Notes: generated from the sequence alone by a model not told the origin. Shown: positions 18,601 through 28,457, counted from the first letter of the whole stretch. The stretch: 61,979 nucleotides of DNA, filler included, from Candidatus Woesearchaeota archaeon (GCA_003650545.1; 10 parts of 10 records of this genome joined end to end with filler, not necessarily neighbours in it); one strand, 5' to 3'. Program-made: numbers and translations.

Positions 18601-21600
18601 GGTTGACCATTCTATTGCAGCCTTATCTGTTTCAACAAATGAAACAATTGGACCTGTAACTATTACTGGAGGTAATATATCAGGAACAGCCTCTGTATTA
18701 AAATTAAATACTTTACTTATAACCTCTTTATTGTTTGAACCTCTCGACCTTACCCGGTAGAAATAGGTGGTATCTGCCAATAAATTCGTTATGTTCACAA
18801 CATGCTCAATTACGCCGGTAGATGCATCCTGTGTTTTCTTGTATTTCAGATCAGATTCAGCCAATCCATACTCAACAACACTGCTGGATGCTTTATCAGT
18901 TCTCCATTTTATTGTTGCTCTATCATTCTTTACATTTTTATCTATTGGTCCTTCAATAATCACCGGTGGAATTGTATCTGGAACTACAGGTTTTGGTCTC
19001 GTAGTAAAATCTCTAATTATTCCTACAAATTCATTCCCACTTTGATCCTTGGAACGAATCTTGAAATAATACTTTGTCAATTCAGACAGGTTTGTCAACT
19101 GGATTGTATGGGTAGTTTTTCCTTCCTTTTCAGTTGCCATATTTCCAAGAGCTGTAGTTGTGTCATAATCAACCGAACTATATGCAGTCTCATCCGTTTT
19201 CCATTTAATCGTTGCTTGATGATGAGATAAACCTATAACAATTGGAGCTTCAGTAATTACAGGTGGTTTAATGTCTGGCATCTTTAATGTTTCAAATGTA
19301 AATTTATCACTATAAGTAGGTCCATTATTTCTTGCGTCAATCGAACCAACACGGTATGCATATTTTACACCAGAAGTTAAGTTGGTTATAAATACATTAT
19401 GATCCATAACCAATTCTTGATCAACGATCTGGATAGAGTTATTCGGCCAAATACTATCCGGACCTATTTCAACTATGCTTGAAGCTACTTCGTCAGTTTT
19501 CCATTTTATCGTTAAAAAAGAAGTGTCTATTCCCACTTCTGTTGGTATCCCAATTATAACTGGTGCAACAGTATCTGGAGTTTCTAGTGTTGTAAAAGTA
19601 TATTCTTCACTATAAATAGGTCCATTACCTTTTGCATCAATTGAACCTACTCTATAAATATATTTTGTATATAGATTTAAGTTAGAAATATAAATAATAT
19701 GATCAATTACAAGCTTTTGGTCAATTATTTCTACCTTCTCGTTTGGCCATAGATTCTCAACACTATATTCAATAATGCTGGTCGCATTCTCATCTGTAAC
19801 CCATTTTATTGTGGCTGAATTTGTATCTATTTCACTAACATCAGGAAATCCTATAATATTAGGAGGTGTAATATCAGGAATAGCAAGGGTTTCAAATGTG
19901 AATTCCTCGCTATACGTTGGTCCATTACCTTTAGCATCTACTGATGCTATTCTAACTCTATATACCGTTGCGATTGATAAATTGCCTATTTCTATTCTAT
20001 GATTTAATATTAAAGTATTATCTACAATTTCCTTTTTACCTAAAGGCCAAGTACTTTCAGGAGCGTATTCAAGAATAGATGTAGATATTTCATTTGTTTT
20101 CCATTCTATAGTTGCAGAATTTGTACCTAAAGCCGATACAGATGGGAATCCAACAATAGCTGGCGGTTCAATATCAGGGATAGTCAATGTTATAAAACTG
20201 AAAACGCCGCTGTAAGTAGGACCATTTCCAATTGCATCGACTGAACCTACCCTATATTTATAATTTGTACCAGGTTGTAAATCTCCCACAAAAATATTAT
20301 GCCCTTTCACTAGATTTTGATCAGCAATTTCAATTTTATCATCTGGCCATAGGTCTTCCGGAGCTAACTCAACAATAGAAGTAGCTATCTCATTCGTATT
20401 CCATTGAATAGTAGCACTGCTTGTATCTATTCCTCCCACTGAAGGCAATCCTTCTATAACAGGAGGTAAAATATCAGGAGTTTTTAGAGTAGTAAATGTG
20501 TGAGTATCACTATATGTAGGACCATTACCTTTACTATCCTGAGAACCTACTCTAAATTTATACTTTGTATTGGATAAAAGACCGTATAATTGTACCGAAT
20601 GATCTTTCACCAATGTAAGAACTTCCTCTTCCTTTTTACCATCAGGCCAAGTTGCCTCGGGAGCATATTCTACTATACTAGTTGAAAGCTCGTCAGTTTC
20701 CCATAATATTACTGCCCTGTTAGTGTCTATTCCAGAAACTAGGGGATATCCAATAATCATAGGAGGTGTTATATCTGGAAGTGCAAATGTTTTAAATTGA
20801 TATTCTGTACTGTAGGTAGGACCATTGTTCTTACTATCTTTAGAACCTACTCTAAAATAATAAGTGGTATCAGGTAGTAAATTAGTTAAATTTATATAGT
20901 GTTCTATAACTAAACTGGTGTCTATTACCTCTATCTTAGCAATAGGCCACAATCCTTTTATTCCATACTCTACTATACTGGTTGCACTTTCATTAGTCTT
21001 CCAATATATTGTAGCCTTATTTATATCTATGTCCATTGCCTGAGGGTGGATTGTAATTACTGGAGGTGTAACATCAGGAGCAGCTAAAGTTTTAAAGCTT
21101 AGTTCATTGCTGTATGTTGGACCATTACCCCTACTATCTAGAGAACCCACCCTGAATTTATAGGATGTGTTAGAATTAAGTCCAGTTATATTAACAGAAT
21201 GATTCTTAACAATCTTTGAATCTTCTATTATTATCTTTCCATATGGCCATTGAGCCTCTGGAGCATATTCTACAATACTGGTTGCATATTCATCAGTTGT
21301 CCATTCTATTGTTGCACTACTAGTATCGATACTTCGAAGCTTTGGGAAACCTATTATTACTGGAGGAGTTATATCTGGAGCAGCAAGAGTAGTAAATGTA
21401 AACTCTACAGAATACGTAGGTCCATTTCCACTTGTATCAATAGAACCTACTCTATATTTATATGTTGAATTTAAAATTAAATCCACTAATTTTATTTCAT
21501 GATTAATTACATATGAAGTATTAGTTACAGTAACTTTATTAGAAGGCCATTCCGCTTCTAAAGAATACTCTACTATACTATTAGATAATTCATCGGTTTT

Positions 21601-22071
21601 CCATTTAATTGTTGCTTCTGAGGTGTCTATACCTGCTACTTCAGGAATTCCTAATATAACTGGAGGTAAGATATCTTGTATAGTAAATGTAGCATTATCA
21701 CTGTCACTAAGTCCACCCGGATCCTGAGCTGTAAATATAATAGTTTCTGAACTTATAAAACCTGTTAAATAAGAAATGTATGCTACATTATCAACAATAG
21801 TAACTGAAATATTTACTCCCCCTGAGGTGGACCAGGTAATTTCATCATCAGTATTATCTACATCCTCTACATAGTCATTTAAATTTATAGAAGAAAAAGT
21901 TTCTCCTGAATTAATAGTTTGGTCAAGTATATTTGAAACAACTGGTGGATCGTTCACAGAATTAACCGTAACTAAAACAGTATCTGAAACAACACCACCT
22001 GATCCATCATCTGCAGTAAAAATAAGATCCGCTGATCCAAAATAATCTTTAGTTAGTGTTACTGTCGGAAT
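15664..22071 (-). CDS. Giant secreted protein (5'-truncated): Ig/cadherin-like repeats, 16 tandem FN3/purple-acid-phosphatase-N-like domains, an FN3, and a T9SS type A/FlgD-like C-terminal domain
   Basis: About 100-aa repeat 'PD.TPP.I...P......SATI.W.TDE...S.VEY...H...L..L...T.Y.YRVGS.D..GNGP'; C-terminal QNYPNPFNP.TTI.Y...IFN.LGQEV...WDG.N...SGIY...KKMVLLR; frame open to the contig edge. Confidence 0.9.
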   Translation of the reverse strand: MPTVTLTKDYFGSADLIFTADDGSGGVVSDTVLVTVNSVNDPPVVSNILDQTINSGETFSSINLNDYVEDVDNTDDEITWSTSGGVNISVTIVDNVAYISYLTGFISSETIIFTAQDPGGLSDSDNATFTIQDILPPVILGIPEVAGIDTSEATIKWKTDELSNSIVEYSLEAEWPSNKVTVTNTSYVINHEIKLVDLILNSTYKYRVGSIDTSGNGPTYSVEFTFTTLAAPDITPPVIIGFPKLRSIDTSSATIEWTTDEYATSIVEYAPEAQWPYGKIIIEDSKIVKNHSVNITGLNSNTSYKFRVGSLDSRGNGPTYSNELSFKTLAAPDVTPPVITIHPQAMDIDINKATIYWKTNESATSIVEYGIKGLWPIAKIEVIDTSLVIEHYINLTNLLPDTTYYFRVGSKDSKNNGPTYSTEYQFKTFALPDITPPMIIGYPLVSGIDTNRAVILWETDELSTSIVEYAPEATWPDGKKEEEVLTLVKDHSVQLYGLLSNTKYKFRVGSQDSKGNGPTYSDTHTFTTLKTPDILPPVIEGLPSVGGIDTSSATIQWNTNEIATSIVELAPEDLWPDDKIEIADQNLVKGHNIFVGDLQPGTNYKYRVGSVDAIGNGPTYSGVFSFITLTIPDIEPPAIVGFPSVSALGTNSATIEWKTNEISTSILEYAPESTWPLGKKEIVDNTLILNHRIEIGNLSIATVYRVRIASVDAKGNGPTYSEEFTFETLAIPDITPPNIIGFPDVSEIDTNSATIKWVTDENATSIIEYSVENLWPNEKVEIIDQKLVIDHIIYISNLNLYTKYIYRVGSIDAKGNGPIYSEEYTFTTLETPDTVAPVIIGIPTEVGIDTSFLTIKWKTDEVASSIVEIGPDSIWPNNSIQIVDQELVMDHNVFITNLTSGVKYAYRVGSIDARNNGPTYSDKFTFETLKMPDIKPPVITEAPIVIGLSHHQATIKWKTDETAYSSVDYDTTTALGNMATEKEGKTTHTIQLTNLSELTKYYFKIRSKDQSGNEFVGIIRDFTTRPKPVVPDTIPPVIIEGPIDKNVKNDRATIKWRTDKASSSVVEYGLAESDLKYKKTQDASTGVIEHVVNITNLLADTTYFYRVRSRGSNNKEVISKVFNFNTEAVPDILPPVIVTGPIVSFVETDKAAIEWSTDKIASSVIYYGKDASYGNTEKMDMMQGVKEHKVTLTGLESGTTYHYMVESKSENLKVVQSGDFTFTTKAVPDLVPPKIISGPAPTAIEHDKVTIEWETDELSNSYIEYGIDALSHSQYSDFDASGVIKHKIILTNLTPDTEYKYKVSSSDLSPNQNKVFSIIRTFKTLERPDNIPPNLVRGPETSSTDKSATFEWETDELSDTFVYYKEKGSTKKYKKAGDEKKVLVHIITITNLEKGVEYEFTLTSTDYAGNIFSWPATGESKSIEKILAIRKTMQPPGGDGTFHTSQTVDNQKPLIIEGPKIVSRTNSTVTVYWKTDERSDSFIEYGKTANYGEIKGEAADVFEHSITITNLESNTLYNLKVNSTDVNDNGPTKSSNSIVNTESEADVTPPRITAGPTVESITDNQATIVWETDEPSNSRVDIGTDVNYGTTKNMTENVTVHRITITNLNANTEYHFKVFSTDIDNNGPSSSDDMSFKTAETPDVTPPVISNIVVSATTDQTATIEWNTDELSDSFIDYGFTSNYGYKVGSSQDVLQHKITLTNLAIDTLYHFRVGSIDKSDNEALAQVDMTFKTKAAKDTIPPAVPIGFEAIAGSKKVLLRWNKNTEGDLAGYDVYRKINDTFTPIATLVTDTFYIDVGLNNDVTYEYQIRAVDNVTPSNSSEASSIVQAIPKLLNIPTAPVLYYPISGERVSAKDATLQIINSKKPAGREKLLYSFIVAEDSSFYQVVVFKENIEEGMYGTTIWPIGQILKHNQVYYWKARAFDNIFYGPWMNISSFIADTTMATEVELAFFRGNDVGGYVELEWETTLEKNISGFNVFRSFYKDKDFTQLNKKVIKGNKGKYRLIDSDVEIGRIYYYRIEAVNIMGFEVVSKTISVTVKPPKTFALRQNYPNPFNPTTTIKYDLPVGTKVQLKIFNMLGQEVKTLVNEYKKAGYHKVLWDGKNQADIRVASGIYIYAIKASKYFKVKKMVLLR

Positions 22072-22171
22072 NNNNNNNNNNNNNNNNNNNNNNNNNNNNN
22101 NNNNNNNNNNNNNNNTTAATTAATTAANNNNNNNNNNNNNNNNNNNNNNNNNNNNNNNNNNNNNNNNNNNN

Positions 22172-23082
22172 CCATCTCCTTGAACTGTATGTGTAACAGT
22201 CAATAGTTCCCAATTTCCTGAACCAGAATGATTAGACGAATTTGTTTGTGAACCATTATTTTCCATAATCTGAATATGAATACCACTATTTGATGTCTTT
22301 ACATAAGCACTAAAAGTAAATACTTTTCCTGTTAGTTGACTATATATTAAATTTGGAACTATTTGTCTTAAATTTTGAACGCCAGAGGTTGATGTAAATT
22401 TAGCTGAATAAGAACCTCTATGAATATTAGTTGATTCTCTCGCTATAGTTCCTCCAGATATAGCCCATCCATCTGGTGCAGAAGAAGTTCCTGCGTACCA
22501 ATATTCAAAACTGCCGTTTAAAAGTAAATTCTGAACACCTGTATTCCTAAAAATATTTCCAGCAACAGCACCATCTTCAAAACGTAAAACTTCACTTCCA
22601 GCGATTTTAAATCTAATTTTGTCTTCATCTGTGTTCTGTTCACAATCAACCGAAGTATCACCATCGGCATCTTGAATCTTTGTAGGGGCAGTTAAAGAAG
22701 CTCCGCTTTTTAAAACTAAATATCTCCAAGTCCCTGTTAATGTCCCATAAGAAGATAAATCAACCGTAACAACAGTAGTACTGGTCATTATAACATCATC
22801 GGGCATAACCAATTTATCATTATCGTCTACAATAACAACAGATACATATTGAGTCCCTAAATTATGAGTAATAGTTAAAATTCCAGAAGATAAATCTCCA
22901 TCAACAAAAGACCCTAAAAAGGCGGTGCTTGCAGGTAAATCATAAAATCCTGTAGTTCCACTATCATTAGTTCCATAATATTTGGAATTACCAGGAGAAG
23001 CTATGCCTCCTTGCAAATCTTCTGGACGCACATCAGAATCTTTTAATTGTTTTGACCTCACACGAGTATGTCTGTCAGCCAT
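22172..23082 (-). CDS. Viral tail-fibre or receptor-binding-like protein (3'-truncated) with a CBM4/9-like carbohydrate-binding domain
   Basis: ITHNLGTQYV.V.IVD motif, IQDADGDT...DEDKIRF motif, NLLLNGSFEYW...PDGW...WELLTVT; AGGA SD. Confidence 0.7.
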
Positions 23083-23123
23083 ATTTTGTCCTTATGTTAA
23101 TTAGTTTATTTTTACTACATTGG

Positions 23124-23145
23124 GGGAGAGATAAAACTCTCTCCC
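23124..23145 (-). terminator. Hairpin between the fibre genes
   Basis: GGGAGAGA/TCTCTCCC stem. Confidence 0.45.
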
Positions 23146-23159
23146 TATATTAGTCTTGA

Positions 23160-24884
23160 TTAATACTGATAATCTGCTAATAAAACATCTCCAGCTTCAG
23201 GAGCTACCGCAAATGTTATTGTAGTACCTGAAATAGTATAATCTTTACCAGAACCCGCTTCCTGTCTTAAACCATTGAGATACAATTTAACTGTTCCAGC
23301 AGTGGGGGTATTAGCTATAGTATATTCAGTATTTGCACCATCAATTAATCCAGAAGGGGTTTCATTATCTACATGAGTATGAGCGGATTCGAGGTCAACC
23401 CATTCTAATCCATTAGAAGTGTATTTCATATATTTACCAACCGTAGGAGCATTAAAAATATTTAATGCACTTTCAGGAATCACACTTGCCCATGAAGTAG
23501 CATCTAAAGCTACCTTATCACTAGTATTAACTTTAAGAATACTAATATCACCATCTCCAGCACTATTGCGAGCAGTTAAATAACCATCATTAGTTAATCT
23601 AATATGAGCATCAGTAATTCCATCAGCTTTAACATTTAAAGAAGTTCCAAATTCAATAGTAGAATTATCAACTTCTGAAGTCTGAATATAATCAGCTAAT
23701 AATTTTGAATCATCTATAGAACCAGCAAGCATATCGTTTGTAACTTTACCTGTTCCTATCGCTGTTACACCAGCATTACTAATCGTAACATCACCTGACA
23801 TATTCACATATGAGGGAATTCCTGAACCATCTGCTACAATAATCTGTGCAGAAGTCCCAGATACTAATTTACTTAAAGCTACTGAACCAGCAAGCATATC
23901 ATTAGTTACTTTAGCATTTCCAATACTAGTTACTCCAAGATTAGTAATCGTAACATCACCTGACATTGTAACTTCTGTTGCCTCTCCCGAAGAATTACCA
24001 ATCCAAATCTTACCGTCAGCTAGTGATGTCGACTGAACCGCTCTTAATTCCCATTGAGGAGTACCATCGTCAACAAATAAAGCATCTTTGTCTGAACTAT
24101 CTACATAAGCCACAAAACCTTCAGTTGGAGTAGTTGCTACCCATACTGAACCATCAAACTCAACAATATCATTAGGACTAGCTCCATCCCAATCAGCGTG
24201 AACACCGCCCGCTGTTTCATCTAATATATATCTATCTCCAGTAACTTCAGTAGGTGGAGCTACTGTGTTATCTACAATATTAATAACCGCAGGTCTTCTG
24301 CTATATCCACTTGTTAATGCATTTAACTGAGCTTGAATATCAGACGTAACATTCGCTAAATAACCTATTTCAGTATCACTAACTCCAGAGACTGCTACAA
24401 TCTCTCCAGAAGCATTTGTTGCAATAGCACTATTTGCTGTTAAAGCAACTAATTTACTTAAAGCAATTGAGCCAGCCAACATATCGTTAGTTATACCTAA
24501 TGCTTTAACATTTAAACTGCCTCCCGCAAACTCTATTGAAGAATCATCAACTTCCGATGTTTGAATATAATCCGCAACTAATTTATCATCTGAAATACTT
24601 CCGGCTAACATATCATTAGTAATTCCAAGAGCTTTAATTGCTAACTTACCTAAAGTTATTCCAATAGATGAGTCATCATAATCAATCGCTAACCCTGATG
24701 CACTTACTGCCAATCCTTTCGAAGCTTCTAATAAAACTTCTAATTGGTCAGTATCAATATTTAAACCCGCATTTGCTTTAAGATTTATCTCTAACGCATC
24801 AGTAACAGCGTTTTTTTGTAATCCGCTACCAGCAAGAGAATCAGCTAATTGTCTGCCATGTAATCTTGTGTTTCTTTCTGCCAT
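23160..24884 (-). CDS. Viral fibre-like structural protein with 'ITNDMLAGSI' repeats and a DUF2793-like segment
   Basis: Four (I/V)TNDMLAGS repeats, duplicated MSGDVTI.N.GVT.IG, PP....GDRYI...W.G....IVEFDG.W....P.EG, C-terminal ETPSG..DG.N..YT...LYLNGLRQ...DYTISG.TITF..AP..GD. Confidence 0.72.
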   Translation of the reverse strand: MAERNTRLHGRQLADSLAGSGLQKNAVTDALEINLKANAGLNIDTDQLEVLLEASKGLAVSASGLAIDYDDSSIGITLGKLAIKALGITNDMLAGSISDDKLVADYIQTSEVDDSSIEFAGGSLNVKALGITNDMLAGSIALSKLVALTANSAIATNASGEIVAVSGVSDTEIGYLANVTSDIQAQLNALTSGYSRRPAVINIVDNTVAPPTEVTGDRYILDETAGGVHADWDGASPNDIVEFDGSVWVATTPTEGFVAYVDSSDKDALFVDDGTPQWELRAVQSTSLADGKIWIGNSSGEATEVTMSGDVTITNLGVTSIGNAKVTNDMLAGSVALSKLVSGTSAQIIVADGSGIPSYVNMSGDVTISNAGVTAIGTGKVTNDMLAGSIDDSKLLADYIQTSEVDNSTIEFGTSLNVKADGITDAHIRLTNDGYLTARNSAGDGDISILKVNTSDKVALDATSWASVIPESALNIFNAPTVGKYMKYTSNGLEWVDLESAHTHVDNETPSGLIDGANTEYTIANTPTAGTVKLYLNGLRQEAGSGKDYTISGTTITFAVAPEAGDVLLADYQY

Positions 24885-24955
24885 ATTTAACTCCTTTATT
24901 AATTATTTTTTTATCTTATATCTATAAAAACAATATTATCTATTTATATTATCTC

Positions 24956-25414
24956 TCATTGACGTATGTATTCTACCTCTACTACATCGTCAACTGTAAT
25001 TCCTACTTCTAATTCAATATCTGTATTATTTAATTCTGTAAAATAAACTTCTTTTAACCCATTTACATAAACACTAATCTGTCCTGAAATATAAGGCTGT
25101 GAAGTTCTAAAAATTTTTGATGATACTTCAATGGGTATTTCAATAACCCTATAGTATGATAACAATGATTCTAAATTTGTATTTATCCACTTTTTTAAAT
25201 TATTATCATATATTAAAACTTGTTTTTCACTTGGTGAATCAATATTAACATCAATTAAATCTTTTAAATTAGTAACCCCACCTTCAGGAGAAACCCCATA
25301 AATTACATCAACGACCTTTAAATCAATATCAAAAATATGCTTGTCAGTAATATCAATATTAAAAGTATTTTTATCAATAATTTCAACATTAATAATATCT
25401 CTGGTGTTTGCCAT
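24956..25414 (-). CDS. Viral structural protein (fibre/baseplate-like)
   Basis: L.DL.DV.I.SP...QVL.YD....KW.N repeat and VYVNGL motif; likely start at the ATG of MANTRD, directly following the upstream stop. Confidence 0.6.
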   Translation of the reverse strand: MANTRDIINVEIIDKNTFNIDITDKHIFDIDLKVVDVIYGVSPEGGVTNLKDLIDVNIDSPSEKQVLIYDNNLKKWINTNLESLLSYYRVIEIPIEVSSKIFRTSQPYISGQISVYVNGLKEVYFTELNNTDIELEVGITVDDVVEVEYIRQ

Positions 25415-25767
25415 TATATGCCCCTCTGAGTTACCGTAGCCTGGAATTTTATACGACCTCTTGCGATTATCCAACTTTTTCCTTCGTTGTCCTTAACCTT
25501 TATATCGTAATAAAAACTCCCTATACGGTCAGTTTCACTTGATGTTAATTCAACCACTGTAATTCCGCCGGTTGGATTAACATGAGCAATTATGTCCTTT
25601 GCTATAAGGGCATCCGCATCAGTGTCTTGCATATGTTCTTTTACTGTAAAATAAACTGTCCAACCAGTAATGTCTTCCGCAGAGCCATTTCTTGTGACTC
25701 TAAGATACCAACCTGGGGTTGTTCCTCTATCCACCTTCAAGGTTTTGTGGTTATCTTGACATGTCAT
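25414..25767 (-). CDS. BppU-N-like (baseplate upper protein) Ig-fold virion protein
   Basis: RGTT...L.VT.NG...DITGWTVYFTVK...G...V.LT..ET....YYDIKV...ARG.I.F...VT pattern; AGGAG SD. Confidence 0.65.
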   Translation of the reverse strand: MTCQDNHKTLKVDRGTTPGWYLRVTRNGSAEDITGWTVYFTVKEHMQDTDADALIAKDIIAHVNPTGGITVVELTSSETDRIGSFYYDIKVKDNEGKSWIIARGRIKFQATVTQRGI

Positions 25768-25779
25768 TATTTTATCTCC

Positions 25780-26382
25780 TTAAAGTTCGATTGTTCTATC
25801 GTTTACAAAATCAATTGTATCAAATATACCAATTCGTTTTTGAAAACTTTTTATAAGTTTCCATATTTTTTTATCTTTGTCTTCAATTCTTGGATATTTA
25901 ATAGTTACATTCGCAAGTTTATATTCACTATAATTAGGTTTCATTAAAATTGAAGCCACCATAGCAATCATATCTGTTTCTCGATTAGTCGGAGTTGGAA
26001 ATAATTCATAAACATCCAAATCATGCTCCATTTCAAAATCTTGACAATAATGAAGAGAAATATATGCTAAAGCACCCTCAATATAACTTCTAATTTCAGT
26101 ATCAGAATATTTAGAATAATAATTAAAATCTACAATAATAATATCTCCCGAAACCAAAGAAGCAGTTATTGTTATTTCATTAGTTAACGGGTCATAATCA
26201 AACTCGCCACTACCTAAAGTTGAACCGTTCTTTTGAACCCTTATAATATCAATAATATTTGATTCAGTTAATATAAATACCGAAGAAGATAAATAAATAA
26301 AAGATTCAGAACTTTTCTTACTAATATCTTCCACTAAACTTCTAATTTTTACAATAATTTTATCTACTACGTTTTCTATCAT
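25780..26382 (-). CDS. Putative head-tail adaptor or connector protein
   Basis: KIRSLVED N-terminus and YSDTEI..YI..A motif resemble adaptor proteins; position after the capsid gene. Confidence 0.5.
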   Translation of the reverse strand: MIENVVDKIIVKIRSLVEDISKKSSESFIYLSSSVFILTESNIIDIIRVQKNGSTLGSGEFDYDPLTNEITITASLVSGDIIIVDFNYYSKYSDTEIRSYIEGALAYISLHYCQDFEMEHDLDVYELFPTPTNRETDMIAMVASILMKPNYSEYKLANVTIKYPRIEDKDKKIWKLIKSFQKRIGIFDTIDFVNDRTIEL

Positions 26383-26809
26383 TTTTAGTTCTCCTTATTA
26401 AGAGCAATTCTTTACCCCTACCACCAAAAAATACAAAACCTAAACTTTTACAAGTTTCAATTAAAGGATTATTCTTTTTCAATTTTACATATAAAGTGCA
26501 AGAAGTTTTTTCAAATAAATTAAATAATAAATTATATGCCGATGAAATGTTTTTAGTTAAAAGTTTAATATATTTTCGTTTAGCATTGTCGGCAAAACCT
26601 GTAGTAATAACAACCCCATTATCATCAAATGCAATATAATCCCCTTTTTCTAAATCGGAAAATATCACATCTAAATTTTCTCTAATAAATAATCTCAAAT
26701 TATTTTTAGTAATATAAAAATCACTATATTTATCTACGAGTTCTGATAAAATCCCTCGAATTATTTTTTCCTCTTTTTTAGATAATTTACCTTTTTTTAC
26801 TCTTATCAT
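26360..26809 (-). CDS. Hypothetical virion-cluster protein, possibly degenerate GNAT fold
   Basis: C-terminal LYV.L..NN.LI...KSLGF resembles GNAT motif B. Confidence 0.45.
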   Translation of the reverse strand: MIRVKKGKLSKKEEKIIRGILSELVDKYSDFYITKNNLRLFIRENLDVIFSDLEKGDYIAFDDNGVVITTGFADNAKRKYIKLLTKNISSAYNLLFNLFEKTSCTLYVKLKKNNPLIETCKSLGFVFFGGRGKELLLIRRTKNDRKRSR

Positions 26810-26840
26810 ATCTTTCCTCGTTTTATTTAAAAATTTGGTA

Positions 26841-26871
26841 AAGGGGAGGAGAACTAAGTCTCCAACCCCTT
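26841..26871 (-). terminator. Hairpin after the major capsid gene
   Basis: AAGGGG.GGAGA / TCTCC..CCCCTT imperfect stem directly after the stop. Confidence 0.5.
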
Positions 26872-26885
26872 GAATTTCAAATCAA

Positions 26886-27815
26886 TTAAACAACATCATT
26901 GGTGCATTTTACAATGGCAAGCGGATTAACAATAGCCTGAACCACGAACTCACAACCATAAACCGCATACGCAAGTTTATTAGTTCCAGCAACATTAACA
27001 GGTGTTGGATTAACAACTAATGCTCTCTGTGCCTGGTCAACTTCAGCACCCATTAATTTAGCAATTTCGCCAGAAAGTTTTCTTCTTACGAAAATAATCG
27101 GTTTACCTTCAGCTATACGAGAATTGCGTGCTACCAGAATAAATCTCTTAGTATTCAAAAGAACTTCTTCCACACTATCTCCGGTGTTTTTAACCTTACC
27201 AAAAACCTTTACAACTTTAATACCAGCATTAGCGAGCATCTGTTTTATGGTTACATTGTAGTTAAAAGTTCCAGCATTATCTTTATCAAATGTATCAATA
27301 GCATCATTTACCTGAGACCCTGCTAACAAAATGTAATTATCTCCATAATCTTCTACTTTGTGCTTTGCTTTCATAATTACATCATAAAGGTCTTCGCTAG
27401 ATTCTTTAGTTACGCTCTGAACAGCAGAACTGTCTGTAATAGCTTTCAATACAGCTCTAAGTTCAGTTTTATCCATTCCGTGACTAATACGAGCTTTTTT
27501 ACGAGCCAGCACCTGCACATCAGGATTGTTAACAACCGCCTCAACCAGAACATATTCTAACTGAGAATTGTAACCCTTAAAAGTAAGCTGAGTATCGCTT
27601 AATGGGTCTCTCTTTACTACTGTAATATCTCCATTACTATCGATATCAAGAATTTCATCCGCATCAGTATCATAAGAACCATACACCCACATCTTCTCAC
27701 CAGGTTCTGCTGTAAAAGTATCAGCGACTTCGCTAAGTTCCACAGGAACTGGGAGGTTATCATTTATCGGCTGTCCGATAAGACGAGCAACTTCCAGTGA
27801 CATATTTTTTTCCAT
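26886..27815 (-). CDS. Putative major capsid protein (HK97-like)
   Basis: 309 aa; GAGGAG SD; follows a coiled-coil scaffold-like gene; backbone-helix-like 'LARKKARISHGMDKTELRAVL'; C-terminal 'AIVNPLAIVK'. Confidence 0.65.
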   Translation of the reverse strand: MEKNMSLEVARLIGQPINDNLPVPVELSEVADTFTAEPGEKMWVYGSYDTDADEILDIDSNGDITVVKRDPLSDTQLTFKGYNSQLEYVLVEAVVNNPDVQVLARKKARISHGMDKTELRAVLKAITDSSAVQSVTKESSEDLYDVIMKAKHKVEDYGDNYILLAGSQVNDAIDTFDKDNAGTFNYNVTIKQMLANAGIKVVKVFGKVKNTGDSVEEVLLNTKRFILVARNSRIAEGKPIIFVRRKLSGEIAKLMGAEVDQAQRALVVNPTPVNVAGTNKLAYAVYGCEFVVQAIVNPLAIVKCTNDVV

Positions 27816-27842
27816 TTTAATTCTCCTCTTGTTAAAATTATA

Positions 27843-28355
27843 TTAATTATGTTTAAATGCCTGAGCATTAATCCTATTCTGAATATCTTTATAATATTCA
27901 TTAGATTTCTCAGGAGCATCCCCAACTGAATCGCTAGCTGTTTCCAACTTTTGACTCTCTCTCAACTTAGCATTTTCTGCTTTCAGTTGAGCTACTTCAA
28001 ATTCCTTATCATTGAGAATCTGTTCATCGCTCATATCTTTGGAGAATTCTTCTCCGAGAGATTCCCTTCTTTCAATTATTTTCTTTGCATTGTCTTTATA
28101 CAACGCTAAACTCTTTGAAGCTTTTTCAAGTTCTTTGTCCTTTTCGATATTTTCTTTACGAACAAATGCAAGCTCTTGTTCTGCTAAAATAGAACCGTCA
28201 CGTACTTCGTTAAGTTGACCTTTCAATTCTTTAGCAATCATAAGAACTTTGCGAAGCCTTGAATTATCTTTTTTAGAAGCGATTTCCAGCTTTGCTTGTT
28301 CTAATTCTTTTTTCAATTTTAGGTAACTTGTAGCAAGCTTCTTAATGCCATTTTT
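27843..28355 (-). CDS. Coiled-coil scaffold-like protein (5'-truncated)
   Basis: Heptad-rich, directly upstream of the capsid gene; frame open to the contig edge. Confidence 0.55.
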   Translation of the reverse strand, partial: KNGIKKLATSYLKLKKELEQAKLEIASKKDNSRLRKVLMIAKELKGQLNEVRDGSILAEQELAFVRKENIEKDKELEKASKSLALYKDNAKKIIERRESLGEEFSKDMSDEQILNDKEFEVAQLKAENAKLRESQKLETASDSVGDAPEKSNEYYKDIQNRINAQAFKHN

Positions 28356-28457
28356 TANNNNNNNNNNNNNNNNNNNNNNNNNNNNNNNNNNNNNNNNNNN
28401 NTTAATTAATTAANNNNNNNNNNNNNNNNNNNNNNNNNNNNNNNNNNNNNNNNNNNN

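Noticed and set aside
19280..21670. 300-bp periodic DNA repeats as a possible DGR or repeat array
   Set aside because: Explained by tandem FN3 domains with diverged codons; no adenine-specific TR/VR pair or reverse transcriptase seen
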